Of a stretch of DNA of 64,000 nucleotides, positions 1-11,962 are shown in pieces. Below the pieces are notes generated by a model, which did no database searches, was not told where the DNA came from, and saw only the letters and a list, made by a program, of their open reading frames with translations. This DNA is from Octopus bimaculoides (Eukaryota). Both the position numbers and the translations under genes were made by a program. Location: the NCBI RefSeq assembly GCF_001194135.2, contig NC_068993.1:52908998-52972997 (forward strand), read 5' to 3'. Each line of letters begins with the position of its first letter. Within the stretch, counting starts at the first letter, position 1.

Positions 1-1496
1 GAACATAATTTATCATGAAATATAGACAGAAGGTACTAAATCTAGATTACTTTAAAACAGGAATTTTGTATCAAAGAACAAAAGGTAGATTCAGATGGAA
101 TGATATCAAAAGTGTTAACGTTTGTCCTCTGGTGAAATTGATAAAAATCCAATACAAAAATACATAAAACTAAGGTACTAAAAGTACCTGAGCTGATAAA
201 GCAGGGAAAAAATAACTATACCATCGACAGAAGTAGAAGAAATAAAACAACTAACCTAGCCAAACTGATAAACTCATATGACTCAATAAAGAAAACCCTG
301 CACAGAACAGGGTTTATCAAGAGAATATTTCATGGCTTAGTTGAATAGTTAGTTCTTTTTTAAAACACCATTTACCAACATAACATACAAAGATACATAC
401 ACAGAAAGACATATATTTGCTATATATTTATTACAAGACGTGGAAGTAACAAAGAAGTGTTTTGTCCATAAAGACAAGAGAGTATATTTTACATGTATAT
501 ATACTGAGTGTGAGTGGGGGATTCTTATAAATAATGGAATGTACGGAGTAAGTTGTAGTCTTCTGACCCGTATAAGAAGGCTGTAATTCTAAATAAGAAC
601 AGATTCAATTTGTAATGATCTGCCTAACCCATAAAAGCATGGAAAAGTGAATGTAAACACTTTCCAAAATTTAGGAAAATCTTTGCACAAGAAACTTCAG
701 GTCCATGTGTAACTCCTGTAGTATTTTCAGCTTAAAAATAATGTGTATGTAAATACATAAACACTCACAGGCACACAGGCACATATACGTGTGTGTGTGT
801 GTGTGTGTATACAGAAGTGAAAGGATTCTCACCCTTACCATTTTTTTTTTATTATCTGACTGACACATGTTAGCTGAGGAAAATTTTTAATAGATACTTT
901 ATAAAAAAATTAAATAAAAAAAAAGGAGAAACATTATTGAGGAGTTATTAATTAATGAATAAATAATTAGATCTCATTATATGTCAGCTATTTTAAGATC
1001 TGACATCCAACTATGAAGCAAGATAGAAAAGTAATGACTGCTCAGCTTGAAAGTCACAAAGCCTAGTGTTTGTACCTAGAATGCATATAACCTATATAAA
1101 TGAGGCAATTCATCGAAATAATTGGCCTCTATCCCAACCAATAAGGACACACACACACACACACACACATGTATGCACACATGCACAAACATCTCAGATA
1201 AATTAACTTAGAAGCAATTAATCTAGCCTAGATACCAAACTGTGTCAATACTTGTGTTCACTAAGTGAATGGTAAGCTAGGATTGTTCAGTTTCCATCAA
1301 CAGTAAATTTTTGATTATCTACTCCATTTTTACTTTCCATAATTGAATAAACAAGGGCTGCTGACTGGAAAAAAGAGAAAGAGAGAAATAAAGGAAGGAG
1401 AGAGAAAGAGAGAGAGAAGGGTATTCTAACCTGAATTTAAAAATTTTTCTTAAAGGTTGCACCAAGGTATGCTTTAAGGTCCACCAGTCTCTCTCT

Positions 1497-1535
<39 letters not shown>

Positions 1536-4500
1536 TCTCTCTCTCTCTCTCCCAGACTTGTGTTGTCATCTCTTTCTCACACACTCATACATACATTTCA
1601 TTTATATACAATCTCATTTCCACATCAAATATAGGATCCATTAAACAATCTGCAATAGGACTTCTCAACCTAGTTTTACTCAACAGCAGCATTAAAGTAG
1701 AAACATTAAACTGCTGAAGATAACACACTAATAACAGCACTTCTTAACTATTTTGCTAACACATATCAGAGTTTCCATGGAGTTTACTGTTTCACTTTGA
1801 TATCTTCAGTTGGCATAATGATCTTTGATAACTTCACGTTTAAACATTACCTACCTACCAAGCTGAACAAACTATTGCCATATTATACCTTCAAAACTCA
1901 TGAGTTAATTCAGAATCTAAAGTATGTATAACCTGACCAATTGGTTAGTGAGGAGATATGATAAATAGTTATATTCAAGTAGCTGAAAACTGTTATTATA
2001 GTAACAGAATTTACAGGAAGGGTGGTGGTGGCAGTGGTGGCAGGTTAAAATATTCATTTCGAATTTTGACACAAGGCCAGACAGAGGCTAATTCAATTAT
2101 ATCAATCCCAGCTCTCAACTGGTACTTATTTTTATCAACTACAAAAGGATAAAAGGCAAAGTTGACCTCTACAGAATCTGAACTCTGAATGTAAAAACAG
2201 ACAAAGTGCCACTACACATTCTGCTCATCATGCTAACAATTCTGCGAGCTCGCCACCTTGTGCTGGGTTAATATATTAACCAAACTGACTTACAGACAGC
2301 TCTTCCTCTTCATTGTCATTCAATTTAAAACTCATTTTGTACAATAGCATGAGTTTTGTTTCATCACATTGGTAAGAATAGTCTGTATGGATAGAGTTCA
2401 CTTCATAACCACATAGTTTTTGGTTCTGCCCAACTGTATGGCACCCAAGGCAATAAGCATTTACTATAACCTAAGACTGACCACAATGCCTTGCAACCGA
2501 AACTGACAGACAGAAATTGTATGGAAGTCAGTTGAATATATTTCTATATCTATGTGTACACACACACAAAGACATACACACAAGCATGCATGTATATATT
2601 TATGTGGGTATGTATGTATATATGTATACATATGATTATTTACTCTTGTGTGTCTTCACATGATGCCATTTCAGCAAAAATGGTGTTGCTATGTTTATAT
2701 CTGTAAACAATGTGCCCAGTAGCTCTGTCGTTTTGACTAGTGAAGACCAGTGGAATAATAACATTAATAATAATAATAATAATACTTTACTTGAAAATCT
2801 AATAAGGATCAGTGACAGAATACTGTCCCTATAAGTCTGTTGAACGCATACAAGTATGGAAAAAAGAAAAATAAACTACAGATGCAAAAGTAAAACTTAT
2901 ACTAATGATGATGATGATGATGATGATGATGCTAACAAGTCGCATAGCAACAAGAATTGCTTCTTGTTTGAGCAGCAATTTGAGTATTAGATGCTTGATG
3001 CTTCTTCACCTACAAGTAGATATATTATTACAGCAGCCTTCTAACATGCCACCATATTTGTCAAGCCATTATATTTTACATTGTGTCAACTAATGACTGT
3101 CACAAAAGCAGAGAACTTGTTTGTAACAGTTTTACTCATTCATATCAAGTGTATTGCTAATTAAACCATAGAAACAGAAGTCATACAATCTCTCCCTCTC
3201 TCTCATTTCAATTTGGTTTCTGCTGGTCAAAGTAGCCAATTAACCTTAGTCAACCCAGTCATCTGCTCAGGATCTACTCTGAATCACTGATTGACACATA
3301 CTTTAATTGAAAATGCATTTACTGTGAAAAGAAAACAAAGGACAATATTTTATATATGAACAAGTCTAGCTGTAAACAGAATTCTCAGTTTACAAAGTAA
3401 GATACAAGGATAGAAGGAGCCTTTTTCTTCTTATGTAACACACGTTTTTTAACGGTAAGCACTCTATCATTTTGGATTAGATTGGATTGCCCATGCTCGG
3501 TCCACTGCAGGACAAAGACCCCAGCATGTTCCCTCCACCAGAGAATGGCTTGAGATCATACAGGTTTGATGAGCCTACTCTGCTACACTGGCTTAACATG
3601 GTTTGACAGTGGGATGCAGTTTTTTAATATTCATACTCAGGAGTGGTTAAGTTGATTACATCAACCCCAGTGCTCAACTAGGACTTATTTTATCAATTCT
3701 GAAAGGATGAAAGGCAAAGTCAACCTTGGCAGAATTTGAACTCAGAATGTAAAGACAAACAAAAGAGCACTAAGCATTACATTCAGTATGCTAATTCTGC
3801 CAGCTCACCACCTATCATAAAGTGAAATTAATTTTTGTAGGAACAAGCATGGCTGTGTGGTTAAGAAGTTTACTGCATGGCTTTGAGTTCTGTTCCACTG
3901 TGCAGCATTTTGGGCAAAGGTCTTATACTATAACAATGAGCAGACCAATGCCTTGTAAGGGAATTTGGTAGATGGAAACTGAAAGAAGCCTGTTGTATGT
4001 GTCTCTGCACATTTCTTATCTCCTATCTTTTATTTGTTTCAGTCATTGGACTGCAGTCATACTGGAGCACCATCTTCAAAGGTTTTAGTCAAACAAACGA
4101 AACCCAGTACTTATTCTATTGTTCCCCTTTGTTGAACCACTTAGTCGTGGGGATGTAAACAAACCAATGCCAGCTGTCAAGTGGTGGAGAGGGACAAACA
4201 GAAAAGTACACACACACGCGCGCACACACACACACACGCGCACACACACACACACACACACAAATTCTGCACTTGAGTTCCTCTGGAATAAAAATTCTCT
4301 TATGATTAAAAAAACAAAAAACAAAAAGGCAAGTGTTGGCAACAGAAAAGCACCCCGTTATAAAAACCCAATCCCAAGTACCTCTCCACCTAATCTTTGC
4401 TAGTATGGGAAAACAGGCATTCAAACAAACAGTGAGCAAATACTGTCAAACAACAAACACTTTACCATAAACTGCAACCAATTAATATTTCCATGTTGAG

Positions 4501-4874
4501 CAGATTTTCTTGAGACATCAATGCCAACACATGGATCTCATTATTTATTCCTTTTCAACGGCTTTAGGCATATATGGAGTTTGTTTATTGCAAACATAAA
4601 GCAAGCAACAAAAAATCAGAGCTATGCTACAATTTAATATATGTATATATATAGGCTGTTATGATACATTAGGACTTTGTTACAATGAACAATCATATAA
4701 TGATTGACGTAATTGCAGATTTTTTCCAGAAAAACTTTAGATGGGGGAAATTAGCTCAACTCTGTTCCACTAATTGTTTTCTTTTACACATTGATAGAAT
4801 TTAATTCACAAATATCCACAAGTTTTGTAACTCGATCAGTCTCATTAAAGCACCACCAGCAACAAACAACAATA

Positions 4875-5095
4875 ATAATAATCCGTTCTACTATAGGCTC
4901 TAGGCCTGGAATTTTGGGAGAGGGGTTAAGTCAATTACTTTGATCCCCAGTACTCAACTGGTACTTAATTTATCAACCCTGGAAGGATGAAAGGCAAATT
5001 CGACCTCGGCAGAATTTGAACTCAGATCGTGAAGATGAGTAAAATGCTCAGTAGCATTTTTCCTGGCAAGCTAATGATTCTGCCAGCTCGCTTCC

Positions 5096-5130
<35 letters not shown>

Positions 5131-5525
5131 CAATCGATTACATCAGCACTCAACTAGTGCTCATTTTATCAACCCTGAAAGGATGAAAAGCAAAGTTGAT
5201 TTTGATGAGATTTGAACTCATCACATAAAGAACCAGAAGAAATGCTGCTAAGCATTTTCTCTGATATACTAACAATTCAAGTAGCCTCCTGCCTTCTCAA
5301 TAATAAGAATAATAATGTAGCTTTCTTATTTTGGCGCATGGCCAAAAATTATTCTAGGGGAATGAGGTTAGTCAATTATATTGACCCCCAAGTACTCAAG
5401 GTAGCAATTATGTCATCCACCTTGAAATGATGAGAGACACAGTTAACTTTGATGGAATTTAAATGTAAAGAGTCAGAAGAAATGCTGCTGAGGATTTTGC
5501 CCAGCATGCTAAGGATTCTATCAAT
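4875..5525 (-). mobile_element. Three tandem copies of tRNA-derived core SINE (family B) separated by (TAA)n tracts
   Basis: Repeated block cccagtactcaactggtacttatttatcaaccc-gaaaggatgaaaggcaaagt-gac...agaatttgaactcag...ctgccagctcg. The B-box-like GAGTTCAAAT lies on the minus strand. Confidence 0.85.
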
Positions 5526-5535
5526 CCTAATAATA

Positions 5536-6585
5536 TTAGGTTGTCAAGAAAGTTCTTGCGGTTTTTAACCTTTAAATTCAGATGCACATATCTCAGCTCA
5601 AACAAAACTTTATTAGTCAGTGGTAGTCTGAAGGCGAGAGGTCTGGTGAGTATGTCAGATGAGGCAGAGTTTTGTAGCCTAATTCGTTCAACTTCTGCAG
5701 GGTCAGTTGTGCGACATGCGGCCAAGCGTTGTCATGGAGAAGAATTGGTCCTTTTCTATTGACCAATGCTGGCTGTTGTAGTCGGAGTTTTTTATGCATT
5801 TCATCCATTTGCTGAAAGTACTTCTCTGCTATAATGGCTTCGCCTGGATCCAAAAAGTTGTGATGGATGAGACCGGCCGCAGACCACCAAACAGTTACCA
5901 TGACCTTCTTTTGGTGCAACTTTGGCCCCAGGAAGTGCCGTGGAGCTTCACTGGCATCCAACCACTAAGCTGAGCATCACCAGTTGTTGTAGAGAATCCA
6001 CCTTTCATCGCAAGTCACAATCCGGTCGAGAAACGGGTCATTTTTGTTGCATAAAAGAAGGGAAGATGACACTTCAAAATGGCGTTTTTTTTTTTTGGTT
6101 GTCGTTCAATTCGTGCGGCACCCATTTCTCAAGTATTTTTGTTTTTCCAATCTCTTTCAAGTGGTTGGAAATTGTCGTGTACATTACGTCTAATTCAGAA
6201 GCAAGCTCTTGAACAGTTGTGTGTGGACTGGCTTCCACTAAGGCTTTTAGTCAACATCCGATGGCCGACCATTACGCGTATCATCTTCAAGACTCTCATA
6301 ACTGCTACGAAATTTCTGGAACCACTATTGTGCTGTACGTTCATTAGTGGTTCCTGGGCCAAATGCATCGTTGATATCGTGAGCTGTTTCAGCAGCTTTT
6401 CGGCCTAGCTTGAACTGGAATAAGAAAATTGTGCGAATTTGCTTTTTGTCCATGCATTTAATGTTCCGGAAAAAATGGCCTAATTATTCAGAAAGAAAAA
6501 GAGTAACACGATTAGATAGAGCGAAAAATGGGCTTTATTTAAAGCCAAAATTTAAAATTCCGCAAGAACTTTCTTGACAACCTAA
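5536..6585 (-). mobile_element. Hsmar1-like (cecropia subfamily) mariner, non-autonomous, decayed transposase
   Basis: Perfect 26-bp TIRs TTAGGTTGTCAAGAAAGTTCTTGCGG (5536-5561, 6560-6585) with a TA target duplication on both sides. The transposase starts at 6453 (MDKKQIRTIFLFQFKLGRKAAETA...) and includes KVMVTVWWSAAG, LLHDNA and YSPDLSPSDYH. It has stops, frameshifts and a deleted C-terminus. Confidence 0.95.
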
Positions 6586-6614
6586 TAGTAATAGTAGTAT
6601 TAATAATGATGATA

Positions 6615-6828
6615 GTTTCAAATTTTGGCACAAGGCCAGCAGGTTTGGTGGAGAGGGTAAGTCAATTACATCAACCCCTGTGTTCAACTGGTACTTATTT
6701 AATCAACTCTGAAAGGATGAAAGGCAAAGCCAACCTCAGCGGAATTTGAACTCAGAACATAAAGCTGGACAAAATTCTGCTACACATTCTACCCAGCATG
6801 CTAATGATTTTGCCAGTTCGCCACCTTA
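6615..6828 (-). mobile_element. SINE family B copy
   Basis: Same block as 4875-5098, flanked by TAA-rich sequence. Confidence 0.85.
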
Positions 6829-8136
6829 ATAATAATATAATAATAAACAGTGCTTACTTTATAAACCATGAAGGTTGACAAAAACATGGAGGGCGGTAAT
6901 AATAACAACTCAATAATTAATAGACACAAAACAACTCTGACAGCAGCAACATTTTTCATCCTAGGCATCTGTTAATAGAACAATCTATCCAAGAAAGAGA
7001 GTAACCCAATTCCAGTTTTGCACATGGGAAGCTCCTCAACTGTTGCAGTTGAAGCACTAAATGATTAATGGCAAACACTCATTATTTTCTGTTCAGGTAA
7101 CTAAGTTCTCTTTAAGTGTGATTTAGCATCCAATCCCTCGCAATACAAAATATGTTATTTCTGTCAATGACCCTGCAATCACAACAAGCAATTGTTTCAG
7201 TTCACACTAACACTGCAATAAAAATCTGCACAAGATAGAAACCTATCTACAACTGCTACCAACCTTACTTTGTCTTATCCTTTCTTTATTTACTTTTCAG
7301 AAACCGAGAATAAGTACATTTCTCTTTCTCTGTCTATAATCTATTATAGCTCAATAAAATTTTTTAATAATACCACCCAGCTTTGAAACGAGACAGTGTG
7401 ATATTATTTTTCATCCAAGCCAATTGTCAGCCTACCAAAAACATGGATTTTTATCTAAAGGAAAGATTTTGTCTAAGACTCAGTTCCCTTGACTATTTAT
7501 TGTCAGTGTATCCAACATATTAGCAGCCCACTGAAGAGGAAAAATTATTAGGTTATAAAAGCTAGACTGATACCAAATATATTCTTTTATAACCATGTGA
7601 TTCCTGTAACACCATTGGCACTAACCAGCTGAGAACTTTGCTTATGGTATTAGTGAAGACATGATGGTTAGAGTGTTGAGCTCTTGATCGTAAAGTGGTA
7701 GGTTCAACTCATGAACCAAACAGTGCATTAAGTCCTTAAGTAAAGCACTGTATTTCATGTTGTTCCATTCTACTCAACTGGAACGAGTACCAGTCGAGTG
7801 CTGGCACAGACCCCGCTCTGTGTCTCTCTACTCATGAATATGCAAGCACTTAAAACAATTAGCAAAAGTATGGTTCATGCTACATAATAGCTTGTGAGTC
7901 ATGGCTATGAATGAATGAAGTTCACCACCATCTCAAGAAAGAAATCAAAACACCTAGTATTTGTTTATGCTATGCTTTTGTTTCTACCATAACCTCCACA
8001 GCTTCAACAACAAATTTCCTGAACCTTTGTGGATACCAACCTGCAAGGCTTGCTGCTGCTGGTTCTATGATAACAAATTTGTTGTTTTAAAGTGATCTAA
8101 ATTAAAATTTCCCTTCAAATATTCATAGCAAACATT

Positions 8137-8434
8137 CGTTGTCGTCGTCGTCATCATTTAACGTCTGCTTTCCATGCTAGCATGGGTTGGACGATTTGAC
8201 TGAGGACTGGTGAAACCCGATGGCTACACCAGGCTCCAATCTGATTTGGCAGAGTTTCTACAGCTGGATGCCCTTCCTAACGCCAACCACTCAGAGAGTG
8301 TAGTGGGTGCTTTTATGTGCCACTGGCACGAGGGCCAGTCAGGTGGTACTGGCAACGGCCACGCTCGAAATGGTGTATTTTACGTGCCACCTGCACAGGA
8401 GCCAGTCCAGCGGCACTGGCAACGATCTTGCTCG
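8137..8434 (-). mobile_element. 3'-end fragment of the same RTE family (or RTE-tailed SINE)
   Basis: Reverse complement of 21882-22200. The ~170 bp next to the tail is nearly identical. Confidence 0.9.
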
Positions 8435-8484
8435 AATATGTATGTATATGCGTGTGCGTGTGTCTATAGATATATGTATATTCA

Positions 8485-8544
8485 TTATCTGTATTATTAT
8501 CTGTATTATTATCTGTATTATTATCTGTATTATTATCTGTATTA
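8485..8544 (+). repeat. 5 x 12-bp tandem repeat TTATCTGTATTA
   Basis: Five exact copies. They explain the IIIC/YYYL-repeat ORFs in the track. Confidence 0.95.
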
Positions 8545-8950
8545 TTTTATCTTTTGCTTCAGTCACTAGACTGTGGCCATGCTGGGTTGCCACCTTGAAG
8601 AATTGTAGTCAAACTTATCAACCCCAGCACTTACTATATTTTTGTAAAGCATGGTACTTATTCTATCGGTCCCTTTTGCTGAACAGCTAAGTTAGGGGGA
8701 CATAAACACACCCACACCAGTTGTCTAGCAGTGGTGGGTGGACAAACACAGACACAAAGATACATGTACACACACACACACACATATATTCAACAGGTTC
8801 CATTCAGTTTCGATCTACCAAATCCACTCACAAGGCTTTAGTTAGCCTAAGGTTATAATAAAAGACACTTGCCCAAGGTGCCATACAGTGGAACTGAACT
8901 CAGAACCATGTACTTAGGAAGCAAACTACTTACCACAGAGCCACATTTGC
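8545..8950 (-). mobile_element. SINE family A copy
   Basis: Reverse complement of the family A consensus. Confidence 0.8.
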
Positions 8951-9889
8951 ACTTAGTAACAGCAAAGTTATTTAACTATACTCAATATTTCCAAAATTAA
9001 TTGAGACAGAGTGAATGTATTTTAACTCAGATATGGTAGCAAAAGGGTTAAAAAAGAAGAAAAATAAATATCTTTATCTGTATAGGTTAGCCTATTTTTA
9101 TCCTTATCTCTAGAGTCAAGACACTATGTTCTGTTCTATTATTTGTGAATTGGGAAATTTAATTCAGATTGTTTGTTTTTTCTCTCAAGTAATGCGACAA
9201 AAATAAAAGACTATGCGAAGGTCACAAGTGATGAAATAGATACTGCATACCATTTTCTATTCATTAGAATATACCTTAATGGTTAAGCAATCTCCAAAAA
9301 CAATGCCCACTTCTCAGCCAATGTATTAAGTTCAAGAGAAAAACTTGAAGAATATGTAAACATGAAATATAACAAAACAGAGACAGAAAAATAATGACAG
9401 GAAAATGACTCTATATATATATCAAAAATGAAATAAGAAATACTTCAATAGCAGTGCAACATATGAAAGTTATTTGACATCCCAGAGGAGTAACTGATGG
9501 AATTACATGATTCACTCTTAGCAATGAGGGAAACCATTTGGATAGACAGTCCAAAATATATTCTTCAGAATAAGATTTTTGCTTTCCTTGGTCTTGCAAT
9601 AAGTAGTACTGGTAGTGGTGGGTGGTAGTTGTGGTAGCAGAAGCAGCATCCAGATAATGTCATGCAAGAGACCAATAGGAATTTATACTATTGAAGGGAC
9701 TTCAATAGAGCCCTGAGCTGATTGAGAACATACAACCATACAGTTTATCTCTAACTGCACTGATACATAATACAAAAATACTTTACACACACAAGGCATA
9801 GTGAATAAACTGTTGTCTAAATTATGCAAAAGTGAAAATAACACAATGACATCTCATTTTAACAGATATATTTACCAAAATTGCATAAA

Positions 9890-10335
9890 AAATATTTTGA
9901 AAAAATAAAGAGTAAATTTATTGAATAAAATTGCCACTGGCTTCAATCACAGCCTCTAGATGACTTAAGAATCTTCTGCAGCTCCCGGATAGTTTCCCTG
10001 TTTAAGTTGATGAATGCAGTCATAATCCTTGCCGTCAGTTCATCTTTGGTGTTACAAGAGGTTTTGTTGGTCTCTTGCTCAACTGCGCCCCACATATAAT
10101 AATTAAAGAGGTCGCAGTCTGGGGAGTTAAGTGGCCAGATGTTAGGAGTGATGTGGTCAAAAAATTGTCTGACAGCCATGACTGGGTTCTCCTGCTTGTG
10201 TGGCATGGTGCAGAGTCCTGTTGCCAGACATAGGGTCTTCCAGCAGCCACCCTCTTGACCCAGGGCAGCACTACCTTCTCCAGGCACTTGATGTAGGCCT
10301 CCGTGTTGAGTCTGAGGTTGTGTCCATCGAACATC
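9890..10335 (-). mobile_element. Tc1/mariner-superfamily DD37D (maT-like) transposase remnant, 3' part
   Basis: Frameshifted YIKCLEKVVLPW...YVWQQDSAPCHTS...IWPLNSPDCDLFNYYMWGAVE. The spacing from QQD to the third catalytic position is 37 residues. Confidence 0.8.
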
Positions 10336-11454
10336 TACGATAATCTTGATGACATAGCTATAGGTTCATATAAGCTTCATACTTGTCACTCACTGCTTGC
10401 CTCTTCTCTTTATTTTCACCCACAAAAGATAAATAAATATAACAGCCCTTAATTCTACTATAAAGACAAATAAAATAATCCTTAACCCTCCTGTATCTGG
10501 AAAGCAACAAATTGGCAGAGTTGTTAGAGTAATGACTAAAGTGTTCCATGGTACTTGTTCTGACTCTCTGCACTGTGAGTTGAAGTCATGCGAAGGTCAA
10601 CTTGCCTTTCATCCTTTTAGGGTTGATAAAAAAGCAGCAATCCAGAGCAAAGTGTAGATAGAACAATTAGAAAGCTGAACACGATGTCATGTAGTATCAG
10701 TTCTGGCTCTATGCATCCTGATGGCAACACTTGCAATGACGTAAGTGCTAAGCCATACTGACCCAAGTCAACAATGCTTCCCTTGGATGAACATTGGTGG
10801 TGCAGAGTGGAGAGAGTTGCATGTATGGGCTAACATATACAGATGTGTAGTCACTATTGATCGATGGAGGCCAAGAGAGAGAGAGAGAGAGGTGGGAGGA
10901 GAGGGGAGGGAGAGAGCTCGATGTATAGTAGAGTTTTGAAGAACTGCTTCAACATAGGAGAGAATAAAAAAAAAAAGCTACTTTGTCTAACTTAATATAT
11001 CAACAATCACCGAGTCAACAACATGGATATGTATTATAAACACTGTAGATAATAGCATGGGATTTATCTTAAAAGAAAAATACCTCAATGGTCACCATTA
11101 ATGGTCATAGTGTTGATTTAATTCCCAAGCTTAGTTTTCAATCAATGACCATCTTCTGCCAGTTGTGGTTCTTTCAAATGAGGATGTTAAGGATATGTTA
11201 AGGAGCGATATGGTTGACAAATCAAAAAATGTTTGTAGAACTTGGCTTAATAACTTGTAAATGCCACAGATATAAGGAATTCCTGCCATTAGCTTTAAGT
11301 TTCAGCTTTCAGTTAAAAGAAACAAAGGCCAAGAGGGAATTAACAACTGTTATTGTCAAGAATCTGGCATAACTGAATTCAGTAAGACAACACATACACT
11401 GCCCATAATAATAAGAATAGTAATAGTAACAATAATAACAATAATAATAATAAT

Positions 11455-11912
11455 GATTTCACATTTTAGCAAAGAGCCAGCTGTTTTTTGAGGGGTGAGG
11501 GCTAGTTGATTACACTGATCCCGGTACTTGATTAGTACTTATTTTATCAGCCCCAAAGGAATGGAAGGCAAAGTCAACTCCAGCAGAATTTGAACTCAGA
11601 ACATATATACAGATGAAATGCCACTAAGCATTTTGCCTGGAATGCTAATGATTCTGCCAGTTCACCGCCTTAAAAATAATTAATAGTGATAATAATAATT
11701 TCAAATTTTTGCCACAAGGGCAGCTTGGGGGAAGTGGGGATGAGTTGATTGCACTGACCCCAGTATTCAACTGGTACTTAATTTATCGACCCCCCCCCCC
11801 CCGGATGAAAGGCAAAATTGACCTCAGCAGAATTTGAACTCAGAACATAGCGACAGGCAAAATACCCCTAAGCATTTTGTCCAGCATGCTAACAATTCTG
11901 CCAGCTCACCAC
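11455..11912 (-). mobile_element. Two tandem SINE family B copies between (TAA)n tracts
   Basis: Same consensus block twice (11455-11672, 11698-11912). Confidence 0.85.
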
Positions 11913-11917
11913 CTTAC

Positions 11918-11961
<44 letters not shown>
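11918..11961 (+). repeat. (TAA)n microsatellite (another at ~5097-5130)
   Basis: Directly visible. Confidence 0.98.

Positions 11962-11962
<1 letters not shown>

Noticed and set aside
2289-2385. Open segment YSYQCDETKLMLLYKMSFKLNDNEEEELS ending at gtaagt
   Set aside because: Its acceptor derives from the head of an adjacent SINE, and the peptide is unrecognised.
8210-8690. Overlapping ORFs of 84-127 aa
   Set aside because: They are translations of the RTE 3' UTR and the 12-bp tandem repeat.
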